A stretch of 64,000 bases of DNA from an uncultured Chloroflexia bacterium (GCA_963701285.1 OY969584.1:434131-498130), one strand, 5' to 3'. Shown: positions 16,768 to 26,029, counted from the stretch's first letter. The notes: generated by a model not told the origin, from the letters alone. A program made the numbers and translations.

Positions 16768-16795
16768 TCAGAGCGCCTGCCCCAAAGGCGCTCTC

Positions 16796-16824
16796 ATTGT
16801 AGCATCCCCCCTGGCGGTGGTCAA
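16796..16824 (-). promoter_or_regulatory. sigma70-type promoter upstream of the small ORF and purF
   Basis: TTGACC-N17-TACAAT with a TG extension; the transcript would open with a 9-bp hairpin AGAGCGCCT/AGGCGCTCT. Confidence 0.75.
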
Positions 16825-16833
16825 AGGCTGTGC

Positions 16834-17793
16834 TCACGGCAGAAACGGCCCTTTCCCGGGCTGCTCCAGCCCCTCGCGCGGCGGCAGGGTGCAGTAGAGA
16901 GCGTTGGGGTCGCACTCGCCCGTCTCCATCTGGATGGTGCTGTGGGCAATGGCATAGCGGCCCGTCAGGAGCTCGTTCACCCGCCCCAGGATGAGGTCGC
17001 CCTCGCTGATGGGCCGGTCGTCCAGCCGCATGTGGCAGCTCAGGGCGCGGATGCCGGGCGCGATCGACCAGACGTGGAGGTCGTGGACATCGCAAACGCC
17101 GGGCACGCGGCCCAGGGCCGCTGCGAGCTCCTCGACGTTCAGCCCAGCAGGGGCGGCCTCCACCAGGACGCTCAGCCCCTCGCGAAGGATGCGCCAGGCC
17201 CCCACGGCAATGATCAGGCCAATGAACACGCTTATCGCCGGGTCTGCCCAGAACCAGGCCGTCGCCAGGATGATCGCGCCGCTGACGATGACGGCCAGCG
17301 AGCCCAGGGCATCGCCGACCACGTGAAGGAATGCGCTGCGCACCGTCAGGCTGACGCTCCGCTGCGCCCAGAGAAGCCTCATCACCGCGCCGTTCACCAC
17401 CAGTCCCAGCACCGCCACGCCCAAGGTCAGGCCGCCTTGTACTTCCGGCGGATCGCGGAAACGCTCCGCTGCGCCCCAGAAGATGGCGCCGGTGATGCCC
17501 ACGAGGGTGGCGGCGTTGAACAGCGCCACCAGAATGCCCACCCGGTGGTAGCCAAAGGTCATCCGCCAGTTGGACGGGCGCTGCACCTGGCGCACAGCGA
17601 CGAGGCTGAGGGTCAAAGCGACAAGGTCGGTGAACAGGTGGCCGGCGTCAGACAGCAGGGCCAGGCTATTGGCAAAGACGCCACCCACCACCTCCGCCAC
17701 CAGAATCAGCGCCGTCAGCAGGATCGCCCAGCGCAGGGGCTCCCGCACCCCCGGCCGACGATCAGCCGGAGCGGTAGTTGGTAAAGGTGCCAT
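16834..17793 (-). CDS. Cation diffusion facilitator (CzcD-like) transporter
   Basis: SLALLSDAGH, TFGYHR, FLHVVGDALGS, VHDLHVW, HSTIQ. Confidence 0.92.
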   Translation of the reverse strand: MAPLPTTAPADRRPGVREPLRWAILLTALILVAEVVGGVFANSLALLSDAGHLFTDLVALTLSLVAVRQVQRPSNWRMTFGYHRVGILVALFNAATLVGITGAIFWGAAERFRDPPEVQGGLTLGVAVLGLVVNGAVMRLLWAQRSVSLTVRSAFLHVVGDALGSLAVIVSGAIILATAWFWADPAISVFIGLIIAVGAWRILREGLSVLVEAAPAGLNVEELAAALGRVPGVCDVHDLHVWSIAPGIRALSCHMRLDDRPISEGDLILGRVNELLTGRYAIAHSTIQMETGECDPNALYCTLPPREGLEQPGKGPFLP

Positions 17794-17877
17794 TGGCTGC
17801 TATTCGCCCTTCTCCATTATACGGCGGTGCTCCTTCATCATGCATTTCTCCATCGCCACCGCCAGCCCCCGCCGGCC

Positions 17878-18480
17878 CTAGGCACTGGCCTCGTCCCGAA
17901 GGGGCCTCTCCACCATCGCGGCGATAGCCCGCGCGGCCTGGCGGGCGCGGCCCAGCCCCTCCTGCGCCAGCCCTGGCTCAGCGGCGATGGCCACCATGCC
18001 GATGGACAGACGCTTCTCGCCGGTCTTCACCAAGACGATGTCCCACACCCGCAGGTCTAGCGGCGCCAGCCAAGGCGTCTCCGCTTCGCCCAGAGCCGCC
18101 TCCTCCAGGGCGATGTGGTCGATCTTCCCGAAAGGAACCAGCTCCCGCGTGCCCAGGCCCAGGCCGACCCATCCCTGCTGGAAGGTCACCGAGCCCTTGC
18201 GCCGGTCGATGATGACGTGCGCCCCGACCAGCGAGTAGACAAGGCCCATAGCCGCCAGCGGGAAGATGAGCAGGTTGGGGATGAGGAGAAGGGCCAGCGC
18301 CCACAGCGGCAGCACGCCGTGTGCGAGCGCGATGACCACAAAACAGACGATGCTCATCAGCAGCGCCGCCAGGGGCAGGACAACCGCGCCCGGCGACGGG
18401 CGGATATCGATCCTGTCCTCCCTCAGGAAGCAGATGCGCCGGTCGAGGGCGATGGTGCGGACGCCAGTCGAGACGGTCAT
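17878..18480 (-). CDS. Hypothetical 2-TM membrane protein
   Basis: Two hydrophobic helices followed by a soluble domain; ATG at 18480. Confidence 0.65.
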   Translation of the reverse strand: MTVSTGVRTIALDRRICFLREDRIDIRPSPGAVVLPLAALLMSIVCFVVIALAHGVLPLWALALLLIPNLLIFPLAAMGLVYSLVGAHVIIDRRKGSVTFQQGWVGLGLGTRELVPFGKIDHIALEEAALGEAETPWLAPLDLRVWDIVLVKTGEKRLSIGMVAIAAEPGLAQEGLGRARQAARAIAAMVERPLRDEASA

Positions 18481-18567
18481 TGCGGTCGGCCAACGAGCCC
18501 GCAGCCCATTATAGGATTGGGCCCGCACCACCGTCGAGGCTGGCGACGCGAACCCCTCGTGCCCCAA

Positions 18568-18627
18568 CCGCTCACGGTTCGACGGCCGCCGCCTGGCACC
18601 CCGCGTCAACGAACTCAGGATGAGCGG
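18568..18627. repeat. Degenerate family A repeat with an internal insertion
   Basis: CCGCTCACGGTTCGAC...GAACTCAGGATGAGCGG. Confidence 0.6.
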
Positions 18628-18661
18628 ACAGGACGCCCGACCCTAAAGCCTCGCACCTTCG

Positions 18662-18691
18662 TTGACAGCCCCCTCGCCCGCGCATTACAAT
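18662..18691 (+). promoter_or_regulatory. sigma70-type promoter of the Trm112-like gene
   Basis: TTGACA-N18-TACAAT. Confidence 0.7.
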
Positions 18692-18724
18692 GGCCGCTGT
18701 CCGGTTAGAGGAGAGGGGCAATCG

Positions 18725-18928
18725 ATGCGCAAGGACCTGATGGAGATCCTGGCCTGCCCTCTGTGCAAGGGGCCTCTGGAGCTGACCGTGGAGGAGGAGA
18801 AGGGAACAGAGGTCATTACTGGCTCGCTGTTCTGCCCCAAGTGCTCCCAGCGCTACCCCATCGAGGACTCGATCCCCAATCTCCTGCCCCCGGAGCTGCG
18901 GGAGCAGGACCAGGCTTCGGCCCGCTGA
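18725..18928 (+). CDS. Trm112/YcaR family protein
   Basis: LMEILACPLCKGPL...CPKC..RYPIEDSIPNLL. Confidence 0.92.
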   Translation: MRKDLMEILACPLCKGPLELTVEEEKGTEVITGSLFCPKCSQRYPIEDSIPNLLPPELREQDQASAR

Positions 18929-18953
18929 ATCCGATCTCGGGAGGTATTGAAGG

Positions 18954-19181
18954 ATGGAGAGGACACAGCTCACAGGCGTCCTGATCATGGCGGCCACCGT
19001 CCTCCAGATGATCATCTTCCTCTGGGCCACCGCCAAGCGTAGCTACATGGCCGTAGCCCTGCCGGTGATGGCTGCTGTGGCTGCCGTCTCCGCCCTCGCC
19101 TTCTGGATCGGCTGGACGATGTTCACGACCGAGAGCGAGCTGGACGAGGAGGAGCTAGAGAAGGAGGAAACTACCCCCTAG
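18954..19181 (+). CDS. Small 2-TM membrane protein with an acidic tail
   Basis: GGAGG RBS; two hydrophobic segments. Confidence 0.7.
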   Translation: MERTQLTGVLIMAATVLQMIIFLWATAKRSYMAVALPVMAAVAAVSALAFWIGWTMFTTESELDEEELEKEETTP

Positions 19182-19716
19182 CCTGCCGGCTTGCCCGTTC
19201 CGCCGTCGCCGCCTCCCAGCCGTTGTCGCCGATCGCCTCGACGCCCGCTTGATCCACCGCGTCCAGCAGCTCGCGCATCGTCTTGCCCAGCAGCGGATGG
19301 CTCAGATCCGGCGCCAAATCGCACAGGGGTACCAGCACAAACGCCCGCTCCGCTAGGCGCGGGTGCGGGATGCGCAGGTCGTCCGTCTCCACGACCCGCT
19401 CGCCGTAGAGCAGGATGTCCAGATCGATGGGTCGCGGCCCCCACAACGGGCCGCCCGGCCGCCGCCCGATCTCCGCCTCCAGGCTCTTGAGGAAGCGCAG
19501 CAGGGCCGCCGGCTCCAGCCCCGTCGCGACGCGACAGGCAGCGTTCAGAAAGCGCGGCTGCTCACCCGGGCCCGCCGGCTCCGTCTCGTACAGGCGCGAG
19601 ACCGCCTCCAGGCGAGCGAAGGTGCGCATTCGGGCCAGGGCCAGGCGCAGGTTGGCCAGGCGGTTGCCCACGTTGGCCCCCAGTCCCAGGTAGACCGCCG
19701 CCGTTAGGTCAGACAA
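19171..19716 (-). CDS. folK: 2-amino-4-hydroxy-6-hydroxymethyldihydropteridine diphosphokinase
   Basis: YLGLGANVG, YETEP, FLNA, WGPRPIDLDIL, IPHPRLAERAFVLVPL. Confidence 0.95.
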   Translation of the reverse strand: MSDLTAAVYLGLGANVGNRLANLRLALARMRTFARLEAVSRLYETEPAGPGEQPRFLNAACRVATGLEPAALLRFLKSLEAEIGRRPGGPLWGPRPIDLDILLYGERVVETDDLRIPHPRLAERAFVLVPLCDLAPDLSHPLLGKTMRELLDAVDQAGVEAIGDNGWEAATAERASRQARG

Positions 19717-20563
19717 CTTCCCCCCGCACCACGGCATCCGCCATCCGCGCCACGCGAACCATCGCCTTCACGTCGTGCACCCGCACGATGTCGGCGCCGT
19801 GGGCGATGGCGATGGCCACCGTGGCCGCCGTGCCCTCCAGCCGCTCCTCCACCGGCAAACCAAGCACCTTGCCGATAGTGGACTTGCGTGAGGTGCCGAT
19901 GAGGATGGGCCGCCCCAGCACCCGCAGCTCAGCCAGGCGGCGCAGCATCTCCAGGTTCTGCTGCTCGTCCCAGCCGAAGCCGAAGCCGGGGTCGACGATG
20001 AGCCGCTCCTCGGCGACGCCCGCCTCCAGGGCGATGCGCAGGCTCTCGCGGAGACCCGCCATCAGGTCGCCGATGACGTCGCGGAAGGCCCGGCCGCGCT
20101 GGTTGTGCATGAGCACCACCGGCAGGCCGCTGGCCGCCGCCAGGCGGGCCAGGCGATGGCCGTCGCCCTCGTGGCTGAAGCCCCAGATGTCGTTCAGCAG
20201 GTGAGCGCCGGCCGCAATAGCGGCCTCGGCCACCTCCGGCTTGCAGGTGTCGATGCTCACCGGCAGGGTCGTCTCCGCCGCCAGGAGACGGACCACCGGC
20301 ACCACCCGTCGCAGCTCCTCCTCGGCCGTAATGCCCTCGAAGCCCGGGCGGGTGGACTCGCCGCCCACGTCCAGGATGTCCGCCCCTTCCTCTTCGAAGC
20401 GCCGGCCCTGGGCCACCGCCGCCTCCAGGTCCAGACCCAGGCCGTCGCCGGAGAAGGAATCGGGCGTCATGTTGACGACGCCCATCACGTAGGTGCGGCT
20501 ACCCCAGCGGAACTCGCGGCCGCGGATGGTCATGGGCGCCGGAGCCGATATCTGCGCGCTCAT
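19709..20563 (-). CDS. folP: Dihydropteroate synthase
   Basis: MGVVNMTPDSFS, DVGGESTRPG, DPGFGFG, GTSRKS, IVRVHDV. Confidence 0.96.
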   Translation of the reverse strand: MSAQISAPAPMTIRGREFRWGSRTYVMGVVNMTPDSFSGDGLGLDLEAAVAQGRRFEEEGADILDVGGESTRPGFEGITAEEELRRVVPVVRLLAAETTLPVSIDTCKPEVAEAAIAAGAHLLNDIWGFSHEGDGHRLARLAAASGLPVVLMHNQRGRAFRDVIGDLMAGLRESLRIALEAGVAEERLIVDPGFGFGWDEQQNLEMLRRLAELRVLGRPILIGTSRKSTIGKVLGLPVEERLEGTAATVAIAIAHGADIVRVHDVKAMVRVARMADAVVRGEVV

Positions 20564-20567
20564 CGGG

Positions 20568-20969
20568 CTAGATGATCTCCAGCTCTTCCTCGGACACCTG
20601 ACCGTCCACGATGCGATACGCCCGCACGTCTGGGTTCTCGCTGTCCAGCAGAGAGACCAGGAAGTAGAGGGCCTCCGGCCGCCAGGCGGCGAGGCGGACG
20701 TCGGTGAGCGAAGGATAAGCCTCGCTGCCGGTGTGGGAGTGATAGATGCCCACGAAGTCCCAGCCTCGCTCGTCGCACTCCCTGTAGATGCGAAACAGGT
20801 CGTGGGGTTCGACGTTGTAGCGGTAAGGGCTCTGCTCGGCGTTGATGGCGCGGTAGAGCTGGAGGACGCGACCGTCCTTGCCCCCAAGGATGCCGCAACA
20901 CTCGTTCGGCGCCTCCTCGCGGGCGTGGGCGATCATCTCATCGATGTAGCGCTTCTCGATGCGGAACAT
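20568..20969 (-). CDS. mec: JAMM/MPN+ (M67) metallopeptidase, Mec-like CysO-cysteine peptidase
   Basis: PNECCG...IYHSHT..EAYPS.TD JAMM motif; next to cysM. Confidence 0.9.
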   Translation of the reverse strand: MFRIEKRYIDEMIAHAREEAPNECCGILGGKDGRVLQLYRAINAEQSPYRYNVEPHDLFRIYRECDERGWDFVGIYHSHTGSEAYPSLTDVRLAAWRPEALYFLVSLLDSENPDVRAYRIVDGQVSEEELEII

Positions 20970-20985
20970 GGACGACGCGAAACCC

Positions 20986-21921
20986 CTACCACCAGACCTT
21001 GGCCTCGATGTCCTCGGGCAGCTCTTCGTAGCTCTTGCTCCAGAGGCCGGTCGACAGGTACTTCCAGCCGCCGTCCGCCAGGAGGATGACCATCTTCCCC
21101 TTCTTCATCTGTCGCGCTACTCGCTGGGCGACACGCAGCACGGCCCCTGACGAGACGCCGGCGAAGATGCCCTCGCGATCCAGCAGCTCCTTGCAGCCCG
21201 CGAAGGAAGTCCGCGAGTCGATGAGGATGCGGGCGTCCAGCACGGATTCGTCCAGCACCTCCGGCACGAAGCCGTCCTCCAGGCTGCGCAGTCCCTGCAC
21301 CAGGTCGCCGGGATGGGGCGCGGCGGCGATGATCTTGATGTCGGGGTTGTGCTCCTTGAGCCGGCGGCCCACCCCGGTGAGGGTGCCGCCAGTCCCCAGC
21401 CCAGCCACGAACAGATCCAGGTCCGGCAGGTCGCGGATGATCTCGGGGCCGGTGGTCTCGTAGTGGGCGCGAGGATTGTTGGGGTTGCCGAACTGCCAGG
21501 GCATGTAGTGAACCGGCTCCTCTGTCAGCATCTTCTTCGCCACCTCGATGGCGCCGTTGGTGCCCTTGCTCCCCTCCGAATAGATGACGTCGGCGCCGAA
21601 GGCCCGCAGGAGCCCTGTGCGCTCCTCGCTCATGTTATCGGGCATCACCACCCGCACCTTGTACCCTTTGACCACGCCCACCATGGCCAGGCTGATTCCG
21701 GTGTTGCCGCTCGTGGCCTCCAGGATGATGCGCTCCGGCGTGAGCTCGCGGCTCTCCTCGGCTGCCTTGATCATGTAGTAGGCGATGCGGTCCTTGACGC
21801 TGCCGCCGGGGTTCATGCCCTCCAGCTTGGCGAACACCCGCACGTCGGGGTTGGGGTTTACGTACCTCAGCTCCACCAGGGGCGTGTTGCCGATCGTCTC
21901 CAGTATGTCCGGATAGACCAC
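20986..21921 (-). CDS. cysM: Sulfur-carrier-dependent cysteine synthase (CysM, mycobacterial type)
   Basis: NPGGSVKDR, TSGNTG, GLGTGGT and the C-terminal LADGGWKYLSTG resembling M. tuberculosis CysM; adjacent to mec. Confidence 0.85.
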   Translation of the reverse strand: MVYPDILETIGNTPLVELRYVNPNPDVRVFAKLEGMNPGGSVKDRIAYYMIKAAEESRELTPERIILEATSGNTGISLAMVGVVKGYKVRVVMPDNMSEERTGLLRAFGADVIYSEGSKGTNGAIEVAKKMLTEEPVHYMPWQFGNPNNPRAHYETTGPEIIRDLPDLDLFVAGLGTGGTLTGVGRRLKEHNPDIKIIAAAPHPGDLVQGLRSLEDGFVPEVLDESVLDARILIDSRTSFAGCKELLDREGIFAGVSSGAVLRVAQRVARQMKKGKMVILLADGGWKYLSTGLWSKSYEELPEDIEAKVWW

Positions 21922-21974
21922 CGGGCCTGCCTATCGAGCGCCGCCCGCCAGGGCCGGCAGAATCATCCTTCCTC

Positions 21975-23066
21975 CTACGTCTCGCTATGCGCCGGAAAGG
22001 GAACCCCGCAGAACTCTTCGTAGTCAATGAGCTCGTGGATCGTGGGGTTGTCGCCGCACAGGGGGCAATTGGGGTCCCGGCGCAGCTTCACCTGGCGAAA
22101 CTCCATCTCCAGCGCATCGAAGATGAGAAGGCGACCGGCTAGCGGCTCGCCGAGGCCCAGGATCAGCTTCGCCGCCTCGATGGCCTCGATCGCGCCCACC
22201 ACTCCCGGCAGCATCCCCAGCACACCCGCCTCGGCGCAGCTAGGCACCAGGCCCGGCGGCGGCGGCGCCGGGAAGAGGCAACGGTAGCACCCCTGTCCGG
22301 GGATGAACACCATGGCCTGCCCTTCGAACAGGAAGATGGCCCCGTCCACCAGCGGCTTGCCCGCCAGGTAGCAGGCGTCGTTCACCAGATAGCGGGTCGC
22401 GAAGTTGTCCGCGCCGTTCACCACGATGTCGTACTGCGAGATGATCTCGATGGCGTTGGCGGAGGTCAGCGGCTCGCGGTAAGGGACGACCTGCACGTCG
22501 GGGTTGTGCTCGGCGATGGTCTCTCTGGCCGAGTCCACCTTGGGCCGCCCCACGTCGTGCGTGTGGTGCAGGAGCTGGCGCTGGAGGTTGGATAGGTCCA
22601 CATCGTCGAAGTCCACGATGCCCAAGGTGCCCACCCCGGCCAGGGCCAGGTAGAGGGCCGCCGGCGAGCCCAGGCCACCGGCCCCTATTATCAGTACCTT
22701 CGCCGCCATGAGCTTGCGCTGCCCGATGGGCCCCACCTGGGGCATGACGATGTGGCGCGAATAGCGCAGCACCTGCTCGGGCGTGAGCACCTGGCCACCG
22801 GCGATGGCAGGGATCACCGCCACCTCGTCACCGTCTTTCAGCGGTGTGGCCTTGCCCTGGAGAGTACGGATCTCTTGACTGTTCACGTAGACGCCGATGT
22901 GGGCAGGGATTTCGTCCCCGTTGACCCACAGCACGTCGCGTAGCGCCGGATAGCGCGTCGCCAGTTCGTCCAGGGCCTCGCCCACCGTGCTGCCCTGGGC
23001 CGCCACTGCCCGCTCGCCGCCAACCAGGCCCTGAAGCCCCGCCGTCACCCGTACCTCGACCGTCAT
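21975..23066 (-). CDS. moeB: Fusion of a ubiquitin-like MoaD/ThiS domain (internal IAGG) and a MoeB/ThiF E1-like adenylyltransferase, with the E1 cysteine intact
   Basis: LKDGDEVAVIPAIAGG|QVLTPEQVLRYSRH; GAGGLG; SNLQRQ; CYRC; PSCAEAG; CPLC. Confidence 0.9.
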   Translation of the reverse strand: MTVEVRVTAGLQGLVGGERAVAAQGSTVGEALDELATRYPALRDVLWVNGDEIPAHIGVYVNSQEIRTLQGKATPLKDGDEVAVIPAIAGGQVLTPEQVLRYSRHIVMPQVGPIGQRKLMAAKVLIIGAGGLGSPAALYLALAGVGTLGIVDFDDVDLSNLQRQLLHHTHDVGRPKVDSARETIAEHNPDVQVVPYREPLTSANAIEIISQYDIVVNGADNFATRYLVNDACYLAGKPLVDGAIFLFEGQAMVFIPGQGCYRCLFPAPPPPGLVPSCAEAGVLGMLPGVVGAIEAIEAAKLILGLGEPLAGRLLIFDALEMEFRQVKLRRDPNCPLCGDNPTIHELIDYEEFCGVPFPAHSET

Positions 23067-24166
23067 GCTTCCTCCGGGGCCTGGCTGCTCGCCGCGAGGG
23101 GCGCGGCGCAGAACTCCTCGTAGTCAATGAGCTCGTGGATCGTCGGCGCATCGCCGCACAGGGGGCAGTGAGGGTCGCGGCGAGTCCTCACCTTGCGGAA
23201 GTCCATCGCGAGAGCGTCAAAGATGAGGAGCCGCCCGGCCAGCGATTCGCCGAGGCCCAGCACGAGCTTCAGGGCCTCGAAGGCCTCGATCACGCCGATG
23301 ACGCCCGGCAGGGCCCCCAGGAGGCCAACCTGCGAGGGGCGAGCTACCACCGTCGCGGGCGGCGGCACCGGAAAGAGGCAGCGATAGCATCCCCGGCTGG
23401 GGATGAACACTGCCGCCTGCCCTTCGAACAGGAAGACCGCCCCGTCTATGAAAGGCTTGCCAGCCAGGTAGCAGGCGTCGTTCACCAGGTAGCGAGTAGC
23501 GAAGTTGTCCACTCCCCCCACCACCACGTCGTACCCGCTGATGATCTGCATGGCATTGGCCGGGGCCAAACGCACCTTGTGCGGGATGACCCGCACATCT
23601 GGATTGTGAAGGGCGATCGTCTGCTGAGCTGAGAGCACTTTCGGCCGCCCCACGGCGGGGGTGTGGTGCAGGATCTGGCGGTGGAGATTGGAGAGCTCCA
23701 ACTCGTCGTTGTCGACGATGCCCAGGGTGCCCACGCCAGCGGCAGCCAAATAGATGGCCGCAGGCGAGCCCAGGCCACCGGCCCCCACCACCAGCACCTT
23801 GGCCTCCAGAAGCTTGCGCTGCCCAGCCGGCCCCACCTCGGGGATCATGATCTGGCGCGAATAGCGCTGCATTTGCTCCGGCGTGAGCACCTGGCCGCCG
23901 GCGATGGCGGGGATCACCGCCACCTCATCACCGTCCTTCAGCGGCGTGGCCTCGCCCTGCAGCGTGTGGATCTCGTGGCTGTTCACGTAGATGCCGACGT
24001 GGGCAAGGATCTCCTCCCTCTCGTCCCAGAGCATGTCACGCAGCGCCGGGTAGCGCGTCCCCAGGTCTTCGAGCACCTCGCCCACTGTGCTCCCCTGAGC
24101 CTCCACGTAGGAGCGGTTGCCCGTTAGCCTGCGAAACGGCGTGGGAATGTAAACGGTAACCGGCAT
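23063..24166 (-). CDS. Second MoaD/ThiS-MoeB fusion, lacking the E1 cysteine
   Basis: LKDGDEVAVIPAIAGG|QVLTPEQMQRYSRQ; GAGGLG; CYRC and CPLC retained, but ARPSQVG replaces PSCAEAG. Confidence 0.88.
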   Translation of the reverse strand: MPVTVYIPTPFRRLTGNRSYVEAQGSTVGEVLEDLGTRYPALRDMLWDEREEILAHVGIYVNSHEIHTLQGEATPLKDGDEVAVIPAIAGGQVLTPEQMQRYSRQIMIPEVGPAGQRKLLEAKVLVVGAGGLGSPAAIYLAAAGVGTLGIVDNDELELSNLHRQILHHTPAVGRPKVLSAQQTIALHNPDVRVIPHKVRLAPANAMQIISGYDVVVGGVDNFATRYLVNDACYLAGKPFIDGAVFLFEGQAAVFIPSRGCYRCLFPVPPPATVVARPSQVGLLGALPGVIGVIEAFEALKLVLGLGESLAGRLLIFDALAMDFRKVRTRRDPHCPLCGDAPTIHELIDYEEFCAAPLAASSQAPEEA

Positions 24167-24185
24167 CTCTTTCCCCCTGAATGTC

Positions 24186-25112
24186 CTAAATGTCCACGTC
24201 AAGATAGCGCTCGCCGGTGTCGGGCAGGATGGTGACCACCCGCTTGCCGGCGCCCAGCCGCTTGGCCACCTTCAGGGCAGCGAAGACGTTGGCGCCGGCC
24301 GAGATGCCCACCATCAGCCCCTCCTCGCAAGCTAGGCGCTTGGCGGTGGCGAACGCATCCTCGTCACCCACGGCGATGATCTCATCGATGATTTCGCGGT
24401 TCAGCACCGCCGGTACGAAGCTGGCGCCGATGCCCTGGATGCGATGGGCGCCAGGCCGGCCTCCCTGTAACACCGGCGAGCGGGCGGGCTCCACCGCCAC
24501 AATCCGCACCGCCGGTAGGGCCTTCTTCAGCACCTCGCCCACGCCGGTGATCGTTCCGCCCGTGCCCACACCGGCCACGAAAGCGTCCAGGCGGCCCTCG
24601 GTGGCCGCCAGTATCTCCTGGGCGGTTGTGCAGCGGTGGATCTCCGGGTTGGCCGGGTTCTCAAACTGCTGGGGCATGAAGTAATGCGGGTTGTTGCGCA
24701 CCAGCTCCTCCGCGGCGAACACCGCCCCAGTCATGCCCTCGATGGCCGGGGTGAGGATGACCTCTGCCCCGTAGCGGGCCAGCAACTCGCGTCGGGCCAG
24801 GCTCATGTGCTCGGGCATGGTGACTATGAGGTGATAGCCCTTCACGGCCGCCACCATGGCCAGGCCGATGCCGGTGTTGCCGCTGGTGGGCTCAACGATC
24901 GTGTCGCCCGGCCGAATGCGCCCCCGCCCTTCCGCGTCTTCGATCATGCTCAGGGCTATGCGGTCCTTGATGCTGCCAGCCGGGTTCCTCGACTCCAGCT
25001 TAGCCAGCACCTCGGCCCAGCCGTCGGCGGCCAGCCGCCGCAGGCGCACCAGCGGCGTGTTGCCCACCAGGTCGAGGACGCTGTCAGCGATGCCGTTCTT
25101 TGTCGTGGCCAC
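24186..25112 (-). CDS. cysK: Cysteine synthase A
   Basis: [48 protein letters not shown]. Confidence 0.93.
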   Translation of the reverse strand: MATTKNGIADSVLDLVGNTPLVRLRRLAADGWAEVLAKLESRNPAGSIKDRIALSMIEDAEGRGRIRPGDTIVEPTSGNTGIGLAMVAAVKGYHLIVTMPEHMSLARRELLARYGAEVILTPAIEGMTGAVFAAEELVRNNPHYFMPQQFENPANPEIHRCTTAQEILAATEGRLDAFVAGVGTGGTITGVGEVLKKALPAVRIVAVEPARSPVLQGGRPGAHRIQGIGASFVPAVLNREIIDEIIAVGDEDAFATAKRLACEEGLMVGISAGANVFAALKVAKRLGAGKRVVTILPDTGERYLDVDI

Positions 25113-25116
25113 GGCT

Positions 25117-25560
25117 TCAGATCACGTAGCGGCCGCCGGCGACGGCGACCTGTCGGTCCTTCGCCGCCAGCTGGCCGATGCTGGTGCCCTCCAGGATGGC
25201 GAGGATGGCGTCCCGCACCTCTTCCCACATCTCCCGCTGGGCGCAGCCGCCGGACCGCGAGCACTGGCTGGTCTCGTCCAGACAGTCCACGGGCACGATG
25301 GGCCCCTCTAGGACGGTGATCACCTCGCTCACCTTGATGTCATCGGGGTCGCGGATCAGAGCGTGGCCGCCCTGAGGCCCGCGCAGGCTGCGAATGAAGC
25401 CCGCCCGCCGCAGGATAGTGAGAAGCTGCTCCAGGTAAGCCTCGGGGATGCCCTGGCGGGCGGCGATCTCGCTGCTCTGGACCTGCCCGGATTGGCCGAA
25501 GTGATGGGCCAGCTCTATCAGAGCCCGAATCCCGTAGTCGCCTTTCGTCGAAACCCTCAT
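25117..25560 (-). CDS. Rrf2 family transcriptional regulator (CymR/IscR-like)
   Basis: [21 protein letters not shown]; three Cys (C-x6-C-x5-C) compatible with an Fe-S cluster. Confidence 0.92.
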   Translation of the reverse strand: MRVSTKGDYGIRALIELAHHFGQSGQVQSSEIAARQGIPEAYLEQLLTILRRAGFIRSLRGPQGGHALIRDPDDIKVSEVITVLEGPIVPVDCLDETSQCSRSGGCAQREMWEEVRDAILAILEGTSIGQLAAKDRQVAVAGGRYVI

Positions 25561-25586
25561 GTCTGTCCTGCCCCAAAGGAAGCCTA

Positions 25587-25639
25587 AAGTGGAGTATTTC
25601 CGTCAACAATCTTACCATGCGCTCCGCTTCACGACAAGC
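25587..25639 (-). promoter_or_regulatory. Promoter and candidate Rrf2 autoregulatory operator
   Basis: TTGTCG-N17-TAAGAT followed by ATTGTTGACGGAAATACTCCACTT, which resembles IscR type-1 boxes. Confidence 0.5.
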
Positions 25640-25702
25640 CCCGAGGCAGTTGGACGGCCCTCCCTGTTGGCGGGGGCACCGATTTGTTGCCCCGGCGATC
25701 CC

Positions 25703-25978
25703 CTAGCCTCCGGCCACCGCCGGCACGATGCTCACTTCGTCGCCGTCCTTCAGGTCAGTAGCCAGGCCCCGCAGAAAGCGCACATCCTCGCCGTTGACGT
25801 AGATGTTGACGAACCGCCGGATCTCCCCCGCCTCGTCGCACAGCCGCTCCTTCAGGCCCGGGTAAGACGCCTCCAGGGCGTCGATGCACTGAGCCAGGCT
25901 GCCACCTTCGGTGGAGACAGTGTCTAGATCACCGGTCATTTTCCGTAGGGGCGTCGGTATCCTAACAGTGACGCTCAA
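25703..25978 (-). CDS. MoaD/ThiS/CysO-like ubiquitin-fold sulfur carrier
   Basis: VRIPTPLR...FVNIYVNGEDVRFL...SIVPAVAGG, with a free C-terminal GG. Confidence 0.93.
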   Translation of the reverse strand: MSVTVRIPTPLRKMTGDLDTVSTEGGSLAQCIDALEASYPGLKERLCDEAGEIRRFVNIYVNGEDVRFLRGLATDLKDGDEVSIVPAVAGG

Positions 25979-26002
25979 CTCTTACCTCCGTTAGTCCCGG
26001 AT

Positions 26003-26025
26003 GTAGCGGAAGGCTTCAGCCTTCC
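26003..26025. repeat. Variant of GTAG-type repeat family B
   Basis: GTAGCGGAAGGCTTCAGCCTTCC: same central CTTCAG with compensatory stem changes. Confidence 0.65.
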
Positions 26026-26029
26026 ACGT

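Noticed and set aside
16543-16795. Purine, ZTP or PRPP riboswitch upstream of purF
   Set aside because: No recognisable consensus or terminator; a small Cys-rich ORF explains the region better. An Rfam scan was not run.
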